A stretch of 64,000 bases of DNA from Paragordius varius. Taxonomy: Eukaryota; Animalia; Nematomorpha. Location: the NCBI GenBank assembly GCA_964247055.1, contig OZ176052.1, forward strand, positions 3,782,001-3,846,000, written 5' to 3'. Both the position numbers and the translations under genes were made by a program. This document shows positions 27,547 to 41,748 of the stretch, in pieces (positions within the stretch are counted from its first letter, which is position 1; every line of letters starts with the position of its first letter). A model generated the notes under the pieces. It did not search any database, was not told the origin of the DNA, and saw only the letters and a list, made by a program, of their open reading frames with translations.

Positions 27547-30500
27547 TTATTTGAACAATAGATGTAATTTTGCTGATTTGTAATCGGCCCGTAGTTGAAC
27601 AAAGTTAAATATCATGCTTTTATCTATGTTTATCTACAATAATATATAAAATTGGTTAAGTTTCATTTAAAAAATAAATCAATGGAAACATTATTATACA
27701 AACAATTATAGGTAAAAAAATATATGTTTTTGAAAAACACCTTTAAACAATTACTAATCTGATAAAAATAGGTATGAAAATATATATACTAAGTCCTCGC
27801 CCAAGCAAATTTGTTTAATGTTTTGCGGAGGCACAACTAAAAGATTAACAAGCGCTTTCAAACTATCAAACAGGCAAACGATGAGAGGTATGGATGAAAA
27901 TGCATCTTTTGCCAAATTTCGATATTCATTTATATCGTATATAGCTGTGATTGCACCTTAAACATTATGAAACATTCGTTATTGCACGGAAATTTATTGA
28001 TTTAAAAGATATAAATTTTGGTAAGAAACCCCACAAAATTACTAAAAAAATAATGGATAAAAACCTGTTAAATTAAACGTAAAATTAAGGAAATGATCCA
28101 ATATGGTACGGTGGAATTCGATCCCCAACTCCAACATAAAATTATCCAAATTTTTTCCATCCAAATTGCTTTTAATATCTTCAATTTGTTTAGCCAAAAA
28201 TGTAACTACACCCTGACAAGCCTAATTATTTATAATTATATTTTTACATCAAATTTTACCCACAAATAAAAGTTTATAATAATTATATAGAAGGCTAAAT
28301 TTTCGACAACTTTCAAATTTTGTTACACGAATTATTAAACTGTTGAGGTTAAATTAACTTTTTAAAAAATTATTATTTTGCGACCCAAACAAACATATAA
28401 CAACTCCAAACTAAACAATTAAAAAATAAGCAAATATTTTAATATTATTATTATCAAAATCTTTCAAGGTATAAACTTGAGTTTTTGAACTAATTTGTGA
28501 TTGGGATGCAGCGTTTGAATGTATTGTGGATGATAAATTCAAAAGTCCTGATGTTTTAGGTTGCCCACTTCGTTTACTCAGCAATGGTGAAAGGTTAAAA
28601 GCAGAATTCAAACCAGTGGACGATGTGTCTTTATGCACTTCGGAATGGGCATTATCTGTTAAAGGGGCATGCATTATATTAATTAATCTATAAATGAAAT
28701 GAAAAATTAGTTTAAATAGTGTGTTCCTACACTGAGAGTATATATGTAAATACAACTATATGATTATAATACTAGGAAAACGACAAAATGTAAAAACTAA
28801 ATGACAAATATTTTAAAAAATAAGGCAGCTATATTTTTAAACTTAATATATAGTATTTATTTATATTAATATTATCGTTTTGGGTTTCAAAATAAACAAG
28901 AATAGCGATGTAAATTGTTAATATACTTTGTCGATTTTCGCAATCGAAATAAAGGTTATATAGAGAAAATCGATCAATATTTTAAATTTTACTTTACAAT
29001 AAATAAATATGGAAAAACCTGATAATCCAGCATTGCTAGTTGTTAATTGTTGTGGAGGATTAAAATCCGTCTTTTTTTGTTTTTGCGTTAATTCATGTTT
29101 AACACGAGTCATAATCATTTGGGCGTATCGTTCAAGACCTGAGGCTAATTTACTTTCACAATTTTCACGCCATTTCTTATGTTTGCGGAGTCGATTGCTT
29201 ATTTCCAAGCCAGCCTTTTTATCCAAACGTTCATAACTGGATTGTTAGATTGGAAAAATAAAAAAGAAATCACCAAATAACTCTCTTTAAAGTTAAAGTT
29301 TTTTTTGGAAATATATCAATTCATATACTTTGATTACAAATTAATAATTGATGAATATACCATTATTTATCAATTGGTGGTCAAATTTCTTTGTTTAAAA
29401 ATTTAAAGTTTTATGCAAAAGCTTTACAGGTTCCTTTGCTATATGCAAATACATTTTCAGTCGGTCCCGTTTTTATCAAATAATTACATGTTTTGAGTAA
29501 TTTACCATTTACATGCATACCGCTAACTTCTAAAATATTATATGAGACTCTGTAATAAATATTATAAACCCATCTTAAAAGATTAAAAATGGCAAGTTTG
29601 CATTCTGTTTCATTAAAAAAAACCTCATAAGGGGTGATATATGATCTTCATACAAATCCTGAACCCTCAAAAAGATGCGTGTAATACAAGCTAGGGTTCT
29701 CAAAAATATAACTTTAGGAAAACCCGGATAGTATTTTGAAAGTGAGGAATCCAAGTTTAATAAGTCTATTATAAGTATAATTTTAAAAATTATATTAGAA
29801 GTAAAACTCTTTAATATCAATACTAAAGTGAGAAATATTTTAAAAATGGAAATCTCTACCCTATATTAAAACAAATCTCCTTTGAAAATTTTAATGCATA
29901 TAATTACTCTGTAATTCAACGTCTATGGCGTATTCAATGTGTTGAACGTACAAATAATCCAACATAACATCATACAAAACCATGGCGTTAATTGATACAT
30001 CAGTAGGTGGTGAAAGCTAATGGTATAAAAATAGACTTGTTTAAAAAATTTACCATGGTTAATAAAAATTTACACATAATAAATTTAATCATTAATGAAT
30101 TTACATATTTCCAATTATATAATGGCAAAAATAAAAGCATTGGAATGCAAATATTTTAAAATATAAATATACCATTTAGAATTCAAATTCACCCTTAAAC
30201 AATTCAGATTCACCTTTAAACAATTCGAATTCACCCTAAAAATAGATTATGTGTTTACGGGATAATATAGTTCATCATTAATATGAAATATATTTTTACG
30301 ACATAGTTTATTATTTTTTCATTATATTAATTTAAACAGAATTTTATTATTATATATGGAATAATTCAGCAAAAATAATATAAATTTATTATAATATTTC
30401 GATTACTACAAGTAATCTTTGTCAAACGTAAAAATAAAATAAAAATATAAACTAAAATTTAAATTATAAAGTAAAGATATTTAATGAGATATGAAACTAA

Positions 30501-33500
30501 AAAAAATTTTATATTTTAAAAATATTATAAAATAAAGGTAATTTTTAATCCTAATAAACACATAATTTATTTTAGGGTGAATTTGAATTGTTTAAGGGTG
30601 AATTTGAAATGTAAATGGTATACAACCAGAAGGAAATAAATTTGTTCTAATACAGTTATTTTGCAAGATAAATGTTAAACATTAAATGGTAAATATATAA
30701 GGAGTAGTTTTATTAAATATGCAAAATAATCTCGCATTATTATTAAATATATATACCTTTTTAGATCGCCGTTCACACTCTAACAATAATTGTAACATTT
30801 TGTCAGACACCTTCGCTTCGTTTACTAGCAAAAGCGGTTGGCCAGATTGTTGAGCAGCAGACAAATTATTCTTGCTATATAGATGTGGTATATTAGTAAA
30901 AAATACTACTCGTTTATAATTTCTGTTGATAACTATTATCTTTCAATCAATTTTCTATTGAATTTTCGATTATCATTATATTGCGGATTTTACAACTGTT
31001 ATTACAAAACATAATCAATCCGTCATTTACCATTACAATATCATATTTCGCATTTTAAGAGCGTCTTTAAATCATGCACTTTTCCTTGTAAATTAAATCA
31101 ACCGTTTGTTAATACTATTTAACACAATTTGTAAATATTTTTGAAGCGAATCATTATAGGGAAAATTATTTGGCCAATTCATGTATTACTTTAATGTTTC
31201 GATAGAATGATAAAAAATTGTACTTATCAAATAATAAATCAACTAAAAGTGCATTTTTGCGTATAAAAACCGGTTATTTTCCCATATCTGGGGTTATTTT
31301 TTACCCTCTATTTAATTCCCATTCATATCCATAATATTCAAACAACTTATACTTTGCGTTTATAGATGTGTTCCCACCACCTTCTAAAGCGGTTGTCGGT
31401 GCAGAATTTACAATTTCATCAAATGGATTTTTTGCATCAATCGATAAATTGGTATTGTTATTATCTGTGTTTGTTTGATTATTTGCTTCAGAATTTGTTT
31501 CATCACCATCAGTACTGTACAAATATATGGGCTCAGCGCCACCCACCCCTATCATGCGTTTAAATTCGGCTAATCTATGAATTTATTGCATTGCAATTGT
31601 GCAAAAAATATATTTTAGGCATAATTTCATATTTCATTTTCAGGGATAAAATCCTATATGTTCGTATATATTGTTCATCAAAATTATTGTTTTTATAATT
31701 AATTGATAACATGATTCCAGTAAATTTATAGGCCATTTTGGCAAAAAACAATAATGTTTATAACTCTAAAATTATTGTGTAACATGAAAATATATATCGA
31801 GTATATATGATATATATTGATAATTGAAAAATTTAAAAACAATAAAAAATAATAGATTGCCAAATTATGCAAGAAAAATAAGATAAAAAATTTGATACCC
31901 GCCAGTTGAAATAGGTTTTTTCTCATAACGTATGTTGTCATAGAAACGATCCAACAAATTTTGGCATTTGTATTTGAAAAATTTAAGTTCAATGCTATAC
32001 ATTATAAAATAAGGCTTGTCGCAACAATAGTTTTAATATATATGAAAATTTTAAATTTCGAATTATTTGCAATATTGTATCAACTTTTTATTAAATCATT
32101 CTAATTTAATTTTTTTGGAAATTATTATCTAAACAAAAAGATGTGGAATATACCTTATATAGTTTTCCAAGTATCGTCCAAACAAATTTTTCATAAGCCT
32201 TTGCAAAAATTGATCATCTATCCCCATCTTTACATCTACCAAATGATCGCACAAATTTTGGGTTCTAATTTAAAATATAAAAAAATAATTCATATAGTTT
32301 AAGAATTTTATATTTTTTGTAAAAAACCTGCTAATAAATAATGTAAACAATACATACTTTGTGTATAAATCATAAAGGTTGACCAAAAATCCTTCAATAT
32401 CTTGCGGGCATTTATCTTCCAATGAATTTTGGATGTGGTCCTATAAAATTCCACAAAATAAATAAGTTTTAACATAATTTAAGACAGAAATGTGAAAAAA
32501 ATTATTCAATAAAAAATATGGTCTTATTATAGTTTAACTAAAATTTATTTATATATATGTTTATAATTACGTTTAATTTCCCTTGGAACACATTAATAAT
32601 GAATTTGGCATAAACTCTTTGAGGGTCAGGGAATATGGATTCAATCATTTTTCCAGTTTTAATGCATAATGAAAGCGCCTCCCCAAACAAATCTGATCGA
32701 TAAAAAGCACCCTATTTTGGATAGTGTTTTTGAAACAATATATAATTTAAATAATATAGATATATGGTTTTAAAAAAATAAATTAATTTTGCATTTTATT
32801 TTTCTAAAAAGGCAAACAAATATAAGTTACCGCTTGACATTGTTCCATAAAAGCATCCACGCATCGATAATAATTCTAAACATGTAATTTGATAAAAAAA
32901 TTGAACTATCAAAATATCATGAGAGATATCATAAATTAGCATTTTATTTAGAAAAATATAATTTTTTATATAAAAACCAATATAATAGATATTGGACTAT
33001 ATTAAAACTCCATTAAAAAGCTAAGTAAACCACCTTAAAATTAGAGAGCATTGTAATAATTCGACGCAATTTTTCCTCTTGACTTAAAACGGTATTTTTG
33101 AGGCCAGAGGAACCTACACCACCACTCATTGAAGTTGAAAGAGACGTGTCAAGCGATATAGATCCCGATTTATCATGCATAGAGGTGCTAATAGGCGAGT
33201 TTATGGCAAATGGATTGGGTCCTTACAGGCGAAAAAAATATATGGGGAGAAAAAAGTTGGGATAAATAATTTTTTTTAACAGAAATATAGATAAAGTTGA
33301 ATTGGCATATATACCTATCATTAATAATTAAAAAATTATGTATATATATCATCTCATAAAGAAAGATTCGTATTCTCCTTTAACAATAACGATAAAGCTT
33401 GAATCACGATATATTGTTATTAGGCAGTGTTAATATAAATTAGAACGTTAAGTTTAACTTTATACCACCTCATTGAATTAATTTATGCAGAGTTTTATAA

Positions 33501-36500
33501 AGACAATATTAAATAAACCATAACCTATTCCTGATAACAAAATGAATAAAGATTTTAAAAAATAGATATGTATGCAAATAATACAACTATTATACAAAAT
33601 GTTATTTATTATAAAATAAAATTGCGAAAATTGGTCATATTAAAACTTTACAATATAATTTTATCATTTATTTTAAGGTGGTAAACATTGTTATAATTAA
33701 ATTTAAGCTCCAAAAAGTATATGTATATATAATTTCGTGTACCAGAATCCATGGAAGTAAGCAATACCGATGGAGTACCAGCCTGCACAGTAATAAATGC
33801 ATCGATGAGATTTGTTTCGACTTGTTCGTAAATCTGATTTATTTTATCCCTCGTGGCTAAATAAGCCTCTTCCTTGGTACTTTTCTTTGAATCTAAATTT
33901 TTTCAATTCTTTATTTTGATTCAAATAGATGAATTTTTTAATTGCGTTTGTGTATATATATATATATATATATATATAACTTATATGGACTAAGATATTT
34001 AAACTGTTTAAACAAATTAGTGACTTAAATGCTAAAAAATGTAAACAAATCGTTCAAATCATACTATATGTAAATATTTTAAAAAAAAGTTGTTTTAATG
34101 CCAAAAGTTGATTATGGATAGGCGGATTTACAATATTTAAATAACTGTAAATTCTTTAATTTGTTTAACCTTTTTCGGTTTCTTCCACCTTTTCTTTCGT
34201 AATTTCTGGATTACTCTCATCTTCAGGTGAAAATGGATTTTTGGCCACATTCTTTTGACCGTTTTCCATTTTGTTTTGGGGCGAATTTACTAAATAAAAA
34301 AAGTATTGTGTTACAATTTCCGATTCATTGATTCAATTAAATAATCATCATACGCTTATTTTTTCTTATGTCTTTCAACGTATCTGGGGATATGTTTGAA
34401 ACAATGTCTTGTGATATAACATACAGTTTCTGAATGATGTCAGCGGCTTCTAACAGCTATAAATAAATATTTAATCTAAAAATTATTAATTAGTATATAA
34501 ATTGGAAATCATGTCAGAAATCAAAAAATATTTAAAACGTGAATTTTTTGATTAGTATTGATATTCTTTGTCATACGTAAATAAAACAATAAAAAAAAAT
34601 TTATATTACTTAAAATAATTAAAATATCCCTAACCACGGTAAAAGTTTATATTTTAGTGTCTTTATTATCCTAAACATAATGATTACATAAAAAATATTT
34701 ATATTTTTTTGCTTAATGCAAAACATATAACTAACTTGATTGGGATCTTTAAATATGGATTCTTTATCTCCGCGCTTTATATTAATCGAATCAGCCACCA
34801 ACATATTATCCATAGATATTCGTTTATTGGCGGACAGTGGTGTCTTAGTGTTAACATTTTCAGCTATGTTTAAAAAAAATTTTTTTTCATCAATTATATA
34901 ACCAATATTTATATAAAATATTCTCTTTCATATGTGTTTCGAGCTAAAATTAGAATTTTTTAACGTTATAATTGTTTGTGGGTGTTTTAATCCGATTTGT
35001 AAATTAAAATTTTGGTTTTTTAAATTTTAGGCTGGTCAACTCTGTTATTTAAAAATATATTAGATTTCGGTTTTCTTTGACTAAAACAAAAGTCTATAAT
35101 AAATCAATCCACAGTATATGCTCATTACCCCTCAGTTATAGATTGTTTTATCACGATAATAAATTGGCGTCACCGTATAATTTATTTCACATCGAATTGT
35201 TAATTCAAAAGAGAGCCATCAAAAAAAGTTGAGATTTTTATTCTGGTAAATTGAAAAATATATGCGGAGATGTACAGCAAAATTATCAGCGACCGTCGAC
35301 ACATCCATCCCATTTTAGCAATTTTATACTTTTGCTCAATCTCTCTAGGTTGATTAGATTTGAAAGTAGAAATGAAAAGTGCATAAAATTACAGGATGTC
35401 ACATTCGAATGAATCAATTTTAGATTAAAATGCCGTATATTATTTGAATTGTTAGATGGTATAAATGAGTGAATGATAGAAAAAATCAGGAATATGAGGT
35501 GTATATGCCATCTAAAATAAATTTTAGTAAATCGACTAAAGAACATTAACTTTTGAAATTATGAAAAGCTGAACAATAGGGTAGAATAAAGCCAAAAAAT
35601 GATTTAATTATTAATATTATATAAAAGTAAACTATCCAAAGATTTCCAAATTTTTTTTAAATTTAAATTGACTAAACCTATGACAATAATGGTCTTCGGT
35701 GTATTATTGAATATTCACCAACATGTATTATGTTTGATTGCGATTGTAATTTAGACCGCAAAATTTCTTATGCGATGACAAGATCATAAATTTAGGTTTG
35801 TTGACTGCTAACTGCATTTCGTAATCAATTGCCGTTTATTATTTATTAAAAACCTGCCAATTTAGTGTTTCCAGTTTTACAGTTATAGACAATGAACCGG
35901 AATACACATCATCAAAATTTCTAGAATGTGGTTTAAATGTAATTATATCGAATCCCTACTCTGCCCGGCCCCATTTCAATGGGTGAGTCGTAAGAAAGAA
36001 TCTCTTTAGGAGGCACTCCGCCCCAAATAAACGGATAAATCCTGTTTGAATCAGCTATGCTTTAGGGCTGGAAACCAAATAAAGCATATTTTTTGTATTT
36101 ATAAATTTTGACATAAAGAGCTTTGATTTTTTGCATTTGTGTTAATAAACTATGATAAAAGTGTTACCACATATATGAACAAAATTGATTGGCGGAAAGT
36201 ATACAGAGGTATGATAAAATGGAAACAATCTTTAGCAGTATTATGTTACACATTGAAAGAATGGTTAGACAGTAATAGTTGTGAATTTATAGATTTTTAT
36301 TTGTGTTTTAAATAAACAACAAAAATAGATAAGTTCTGTATATTTGCTGTATTGTTGGCTGTTATTGTGGATGTTTTGCTAAATCTATTTCGTAAATATT
36401 TCACAAGGGCTTGTGATATTATAAATTCGGCTATACTTTTGCACAAATTATTGGAAAAATCATGGTAAAATTTAATTTCTAGGTTCGAATAGATTTGATA

Positions 36501-39455
36501 TTTATAATTATTTTTCTACAATGTATTATATATATGCTTTGCACAAAATCGGTACAAAGCCATTTTTTTATTTGTCATTATTGAATTCGATTGGAGTATA
36601 TTATTATTACATTACATGTTTTCACTCGTGAGAGCGGTCATGTTATACAACCTGTCACGCCATAAAACTCTATCTATGGCGTCCTCTGCATTAAGCTCGT
36701 ATTCTGCTAGCTCTCTTTTTACTGTATCTATCCATTTTGTTTTAAGCCGCCCACGTCCTCGTTTTCCCTCAACTATATAACCATCTATTATTTTTGCAAT
36801 ATAATTAGAATCTCTCCTTTCAATGTGCCCGAACCAACGTAGCCTATTTTTTGACATTCTTTCCACTATTGGTTTAATATCTGTGCTCCCACGAATAAAT
36901 CTATTCTCGATTCTGTTTTTTCTAGTTACCCCACACATCATTCTGAGCATTTTCATTTCCGACACGTTAAATTGTCTTTCTTCGGATTTTTTGACACCCC
37001 ATGTCTGTGAATTATACATCATTGAGGGCTGGACAACTGAACTGTAAATCTTACCTTTCACTCTAACATCAATATTTCGATCGCATAACACTAGTCGACA
37101 AATTTGGACATTTTTAAGCACCACCACTCAAACTTTTAAATTGTGACTAATTTCAGTGTTTTAAAACCGAATGTGAAAAATTTTTTGATCCCGCCAATCA
37201 GAATTTTAAAATATCATAGGTTTTTGAATTTTTCAAAAACAAGAGAAAATCGAGAGAAAATTAAATATAACTTTATAATAAAATGTTATTATATCATAAA
37301 CTTAATATCATTTAATAATGCGTTTTAAACTCTATCTTTTGAATATAAATATGTCATTTAAATATCAGAGAGAAAAAAATAGTACGGACTTAAACGTCAA
37401 AATTTAGTCTTTTTCTTTCAAGTGAATTATTAATACGTATAAAAAAATTTTAAAAAAATACTAAAAAAGGCCTTCTATGGTTTAAACCTTTGGCTTTTAG
37501 ATAGGCTATATTTTTTTGTTAGTTTTCGTTCTTTCGAGTACTTATTAGGCTTTTTTTCTTGAGTTGGTTCTTACAAAAAATTCTTTATTTATACCTAGTG
37601 GATATACTTTATTTTTTAAAATTATTGGTTGTTTTGTATTTTTGATTTCAGATGGATGTTGTGTAGCCACTTTTAGTAGAATTTACTATTATGGGATTGG
37701 ACCATTTGTATTTACCTAATCTTTTTATTCAATTTAATTGTAGCATTTATCTAACATATTCTGTGAATTGGTTAATTTGACATGTCAACTTGCCTGGATT
37801 TTGCTTGCAAGTCTCTCTTATCGGGCTTCACGATTACTTATTGTTATCTTTGCCATATCTGGCATAATTGGATCGCTTGGGGGATATGCAGAGCTTGTGC
37901 AGTTGCCCGGATCTATCACACTATACATAAGCCCCTTTTAGAATTTTTAATACTTTGGCTCTTTGCTTGTTAAGTTTCTTAATTTTGTTATTCATACATG
38001 GAATATTACTTGTATCGACTTGCTCGTTGAAATATTTAAACATATGTACACGAGAAATGATTGTTATTTTTAAATTAAATACAAATTTAAAAATTAAATT
38101 TTGGAAAAATCCTATTGGTGGCCTCAATTTTCTTTTTTGTTTTGGCCTTTCCATGCCATTAGGTATCAGAAAATGAAAAATAATGGGGTGGTGCAAAACC
38201 TTGTTGAGCAGTGTAATACGCTCGAAATTTTCTTCCAATTTACCCAGCTGCTCTTTATTCTTAAATTAATATCGTCAGTTAACGAACCATCTGCACTTAA
38301 CATAGCTCCCAGATATTTGCAACTTTCTTTACCCTTCAGAACCCAACTATCATCAACTACCATTTCATGTTGTGGACCCCCAAAAGAACATGTTCGGTTT
38401 ATGCTTTGTTTACTTTCAGACCATATTGATCCAGCATAACAACCCATCTGTTTACCGTTCGCTTTAACTCAATTAATGAATCAGACAAGATGATTATGTC
38501 ATCTTCATAAATTAAGTACCATCCTGAACGCACATTAACAACCTTGGCTACCTCGTCCATACAAATTATAAACAATAAGGGGCTGAGTGATGAGCCTTGG
38601 TAGACTCCATGCTTTATTGAAAAGGGCTCTGATAAACCTTGTGGAGTTTTAATCCTGGAGGTGTGTGATTCGTACATTATTTTATATAGGATTCATTATT
38701 AGTAAAAAATTAAATTTAAAATTTACATAATATTTAAAATAAAACTTTTTGAAAAGTAATTTATAACCTGATATACAAAGTCGTTTTTGTATTAAAAATA
38801 ATATTTGTGGTCAAAGTGAGCTTATTCAAACGCATCACTATCTTTTGTCAAAATATACTGAATTAAATTATTAACAAACCTTCATCCAAACCAAAGTTCC
38901 AATGTTCAGCTAGAAATTCACTGTAAAAAGTTAGCAATTTTCTGGCTTCAATTAATCTAACGCGTGGAATATTAACCGATTCTAATTGGTCGCCTAAACG
39001 AATCACCTTATTGGCAACATAATTTACTCTATCATCCAAATTTTGGTATTGTTGTATTAAACTCTACAAAAATAAAAATAATTATAACTAAAAGTTCACT
39101 TTGTAGTGTTTATTATAATTTAAGTTATATATTAACAACACCTGATGTTTTTTCTCCACTTGATTGAGGGTATCAAAAAATCGTTGTTTTTCATCCAAGC
39201 ATTCGGTTTCAAGTGATTCCATTTTTCTTTCAGTTTCCAACTTCAAAACTTTCAATTCCTCCAGAACTTCTAACATTGCATCCCTCATAACTTCTGGCTG
39301 CATAGAATCTGGTTTCCAATTCGATGCATTACCCAAGACTTTAAGGGCTAATTTTTCCACAAAAGCTTCTGGTTTAAAGTTATCCTAATATTAATATTAA
39401 TGGGTACTTGTTCTAATTCTTGTAAGAATGTAGATTTTAAAGTTATGTGAGCCAT
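27547..39455 (-). CDS. EXOC5: Exocyst complex component 5 (Sec10), 22 exons, about 1012 aa
   Basis: GT-AG exons: 39408-39455, 39142-39384, 38880-39063, 34736-34863, 34354-34456, 34170-34289, 33743-33892, 33034-33221, 32831-32875, 32571-32711, 32358-32440, 32154-32264, 31899-31994, 31353-31574, 30757-30874, 29908-30016, 29624-29765, 29019-29236, 28477-28655, 28065-28221, 27790-27956, 27547-27633. Total 3039 nt, open to TAA. Sec10-like blocks: YVANKVIRLGDQLESVNIPR, EAADIIQKL, NLYDLYTKT, QKKTDFNP, LDGKNLDNFMLELG, FVQLRADYKSAKL. Confidence 0.94.
30170..30620. mobile_element. TA-flanked MITE in an EXOC5 intron
   Basis: ta|TACCATTT...AAATGGTA|ta with repeated ttcaaattcaccctt subterminal motifs in inverted orientation. 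Confidence 0.85.
36598..38677 (-). mobile_element. 5'-truncated RTE-clade non-LTR retrotransposon remnant, interrupted
   Basis: RT motifs GVYQGSSLSPLLF, YEDDIII, KYLG; C-terminal LRWFGHIERR..KRGRGRLKTKW typical of RTE; short taa-type tail near 36600; frameshifted and split by about 1.1 kb of unrelated DNA. Confidence 0.85.
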
Positions 39456-39550
39456 GTGATTAACACATTTTTTTATCGAAAGAGCTGTATCAGTTGTAAA
39501 TATCGCGTAGAGTAATTTATATCAATATATATATATATATATATAATATA

Positions 39551-39808
39551 TACCATTTACAATTTAAATTCACCCTTGAACAATTCAAATTCACCCTAAA
39601 TATAAATTTTGGGCTAATATAACTTATTTTTTATATGAAATAAAATTATACTACATAGTTTATCATTTTTACAGGATTATATTAATTTAAAATTTTAAAA
39701 TTAAAAAAATAAAGGTAATTTTTAAACTTAAAAAACACATTTATAGGTGGAAGTTGAATTGTTTGAGGGTGAATTTGAATTTTTCAAGGGTTTTGAACTG
39801 TAGTTTAT
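39551..39808. mobile_element. TA-flanked MITE (TACCATTT family) about 95 bp upstream of the EXOC5 ATG
   Basis: Starts taccatttacaatttaaattcaccctt; inverted agggtgaatttgaa motifs at the right; right terminus degenerate. Confidence 0.75.
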
Positions 39809-40342
39809 ATACAGTAGCGTATGGTATAAAACATTATTAGTTTATAAAAGAAAAAAAATGTTTTTTAATAAACAAGCCTAGTTGTATATACACATATCCA
39901 TAATATCCCCTTGTTTTAAAAAACTTTTTTATTCTTTTATGGACTAATATTGTTTTATTCCATATGCTACTGTATATACACTGTGTGCAAAAAAGAAGGT
40001 TAATTTTTTTTGAGATAGCATATGACCAGCGAATTTTGCCGCAAAAATTTTATGTTGACGACATAGTTTTTAATATTAAGAAAAAAACAAAATGGGGCTA
40101 AAAGTGAAAATCAAGGATAAAGATGAGATATTATGGTTTGTTATAATTTTAGGAGATACAGTCATGTATCATTTATTTTATCAAAAATTAATTTTTTTCG
40201 TTAAATGGGTATAAATATTTGGTAAATAATAAAAAAAACAAGAGCTCTATGGTAATTCTTATACTTTTTTGTTGAATATGATATTGAATACCATAGAGCT
40301 CTTGTTTTGTCCATTCTTTACCAAATATTTATACCCATCTAA

Positions 40343-40908
40343 CACTTGGATACAACACATTCATTTTAGTTCGATTCAAATTGGGGTAATTATATGCCCC
40401 AGGCGTGTTTAAAATTAAATTATTTAAAAAATATGGAAGGAATCAAAACCATGGCAAAATGTTGCACCTATATAAAATTAATAAACCGAAATATATAAAA
40501 AATTATTCAAAAACACTTGATATTACTTATTTTAAGCTAAAACCGAAAGGTAAAAATTTAGTCAACGTAACATGTGTGCAATGGTAAAATTGAAAAATAA
40601 TACAAAATAACCCGCTTTTTCTATTTCTATCAATGTTAGTTATAATTTAAATAAAAAAATTATCTTTAATTTTACCCTTAAAATTAAATAAAGACGATAT
40701 TTTGCAAAATTTTTGTAAAATAAAAATGGCGGCCAAGTAGTTTGACATGGTTCTTTTTTTTCAAAACAAAATTTTTAGATATTTTGGCATATTTATATAA
40801 TTTTACTTAGAATAGAAGCATAAATTTAGATCGGGACCGTTTCCTTCAGTAGTTTTTTGATAATCCTAACTCAAATTTAGTCTGGGGTATTTAGATACCC
40901 CAGAAGTG
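40343..40908 (+). mobile_element. piggyBac-like non-autonomous element
   Basis: ctaa|CACTTGG...GAAGTG|ttaa; colinear with 14267-14840. Confidence 0.8.
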
Positions 40909-41149
40909 TTAAATACAAAAAAGAATGCAATAAAAATTTCAAAACAGAAAAATATATTCATGTGCAAAGTTTTGAAATCATTTTAATGTAGGGAAATTTT
41001 TCTACATTTCGAATTAAGTAAAAAATAATTACCAAAATTAAATCTAAAGAAAATATATTAATATTAAAATAAGCGAAAATTCGTTTATGTGTCTTTTAAA
41101 AATTCATCAATAAAAAAATAATTTAAGTATCAATATGTCATAGGGCAAT

Positions 41150-41212
41150 TTAAAGCACTCTCAGGGCTGCATGCGGCCGGCGGGCCGCGGTTTGAGTGTT
41201 ACTCGATTAGAC
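41150..41212. mobile_element. Isolated hAT-like terminus
   Basis: gggctgcatgcggccggcgggccgcggtttgag resembles Charlie/Buster-type right ends. Confidence 0.45.
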
Positions 41213-41214
41213 TT

Positions 41215-41748
41215 TTGGTAAATATGGTATCCTAAGCGCTTAAAAGGGTTACGTTTTGAACGATCACTAACCGGCATTAGCATAAAACATTGTTTTATTT
41301 TTTCGACATAAAAATGCATACTTGCAAGATAAGGTATTTTGACAATTTAAGACAAGTTGAAAAGAATTAAAGATTGAAATTTTTTTATGGCACAAAATTA
41401 GCTGGAAGTGGAAATGATGATATATTGTTAAACAAACCTAAATTACATAAAGTCCTTATAGAATTAATAATAAAAAGGTGTCAAATTTCGATATACCAGG
41501 AACTCCAGCCCCACCAATGGAACCCATCACGCCTTTAACATTATGTAAATATTTAGTGTAAAAAACAAAATCTTAGTTTCGGATGCAAAAATATAAATAA
41601 TAATTTAAACCTAAATCTATGTTATTCAAATAGAAACGACTAAAAATAGAATTTTTACAGCATTTGGAAAATATGAATTATTTTGACCAAATACTCTATC
41701 TACTGCAATCAAAAAAACGCTAACTAAACTTAAAGGGAAGCGCGGCAT
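41215..41748 (-). pseudogene. Decayed paralog of the Gly/Pro-rich micro-exon gene
   Basis: Exon 1 (41682-41748) reads MPRFPLSLVSVFLIAVDRVFGQ with donor GT changed to AT. Exon 2 (about 41497-41547) reads HNVKGVMGSIGGAGVPG|gt with no AG acceptor. Weak exon-3 trace near 41215-41250. Upstream motif aaattgacaatgacattgat is shared with the intact paralogs. Confidence 0.8.
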
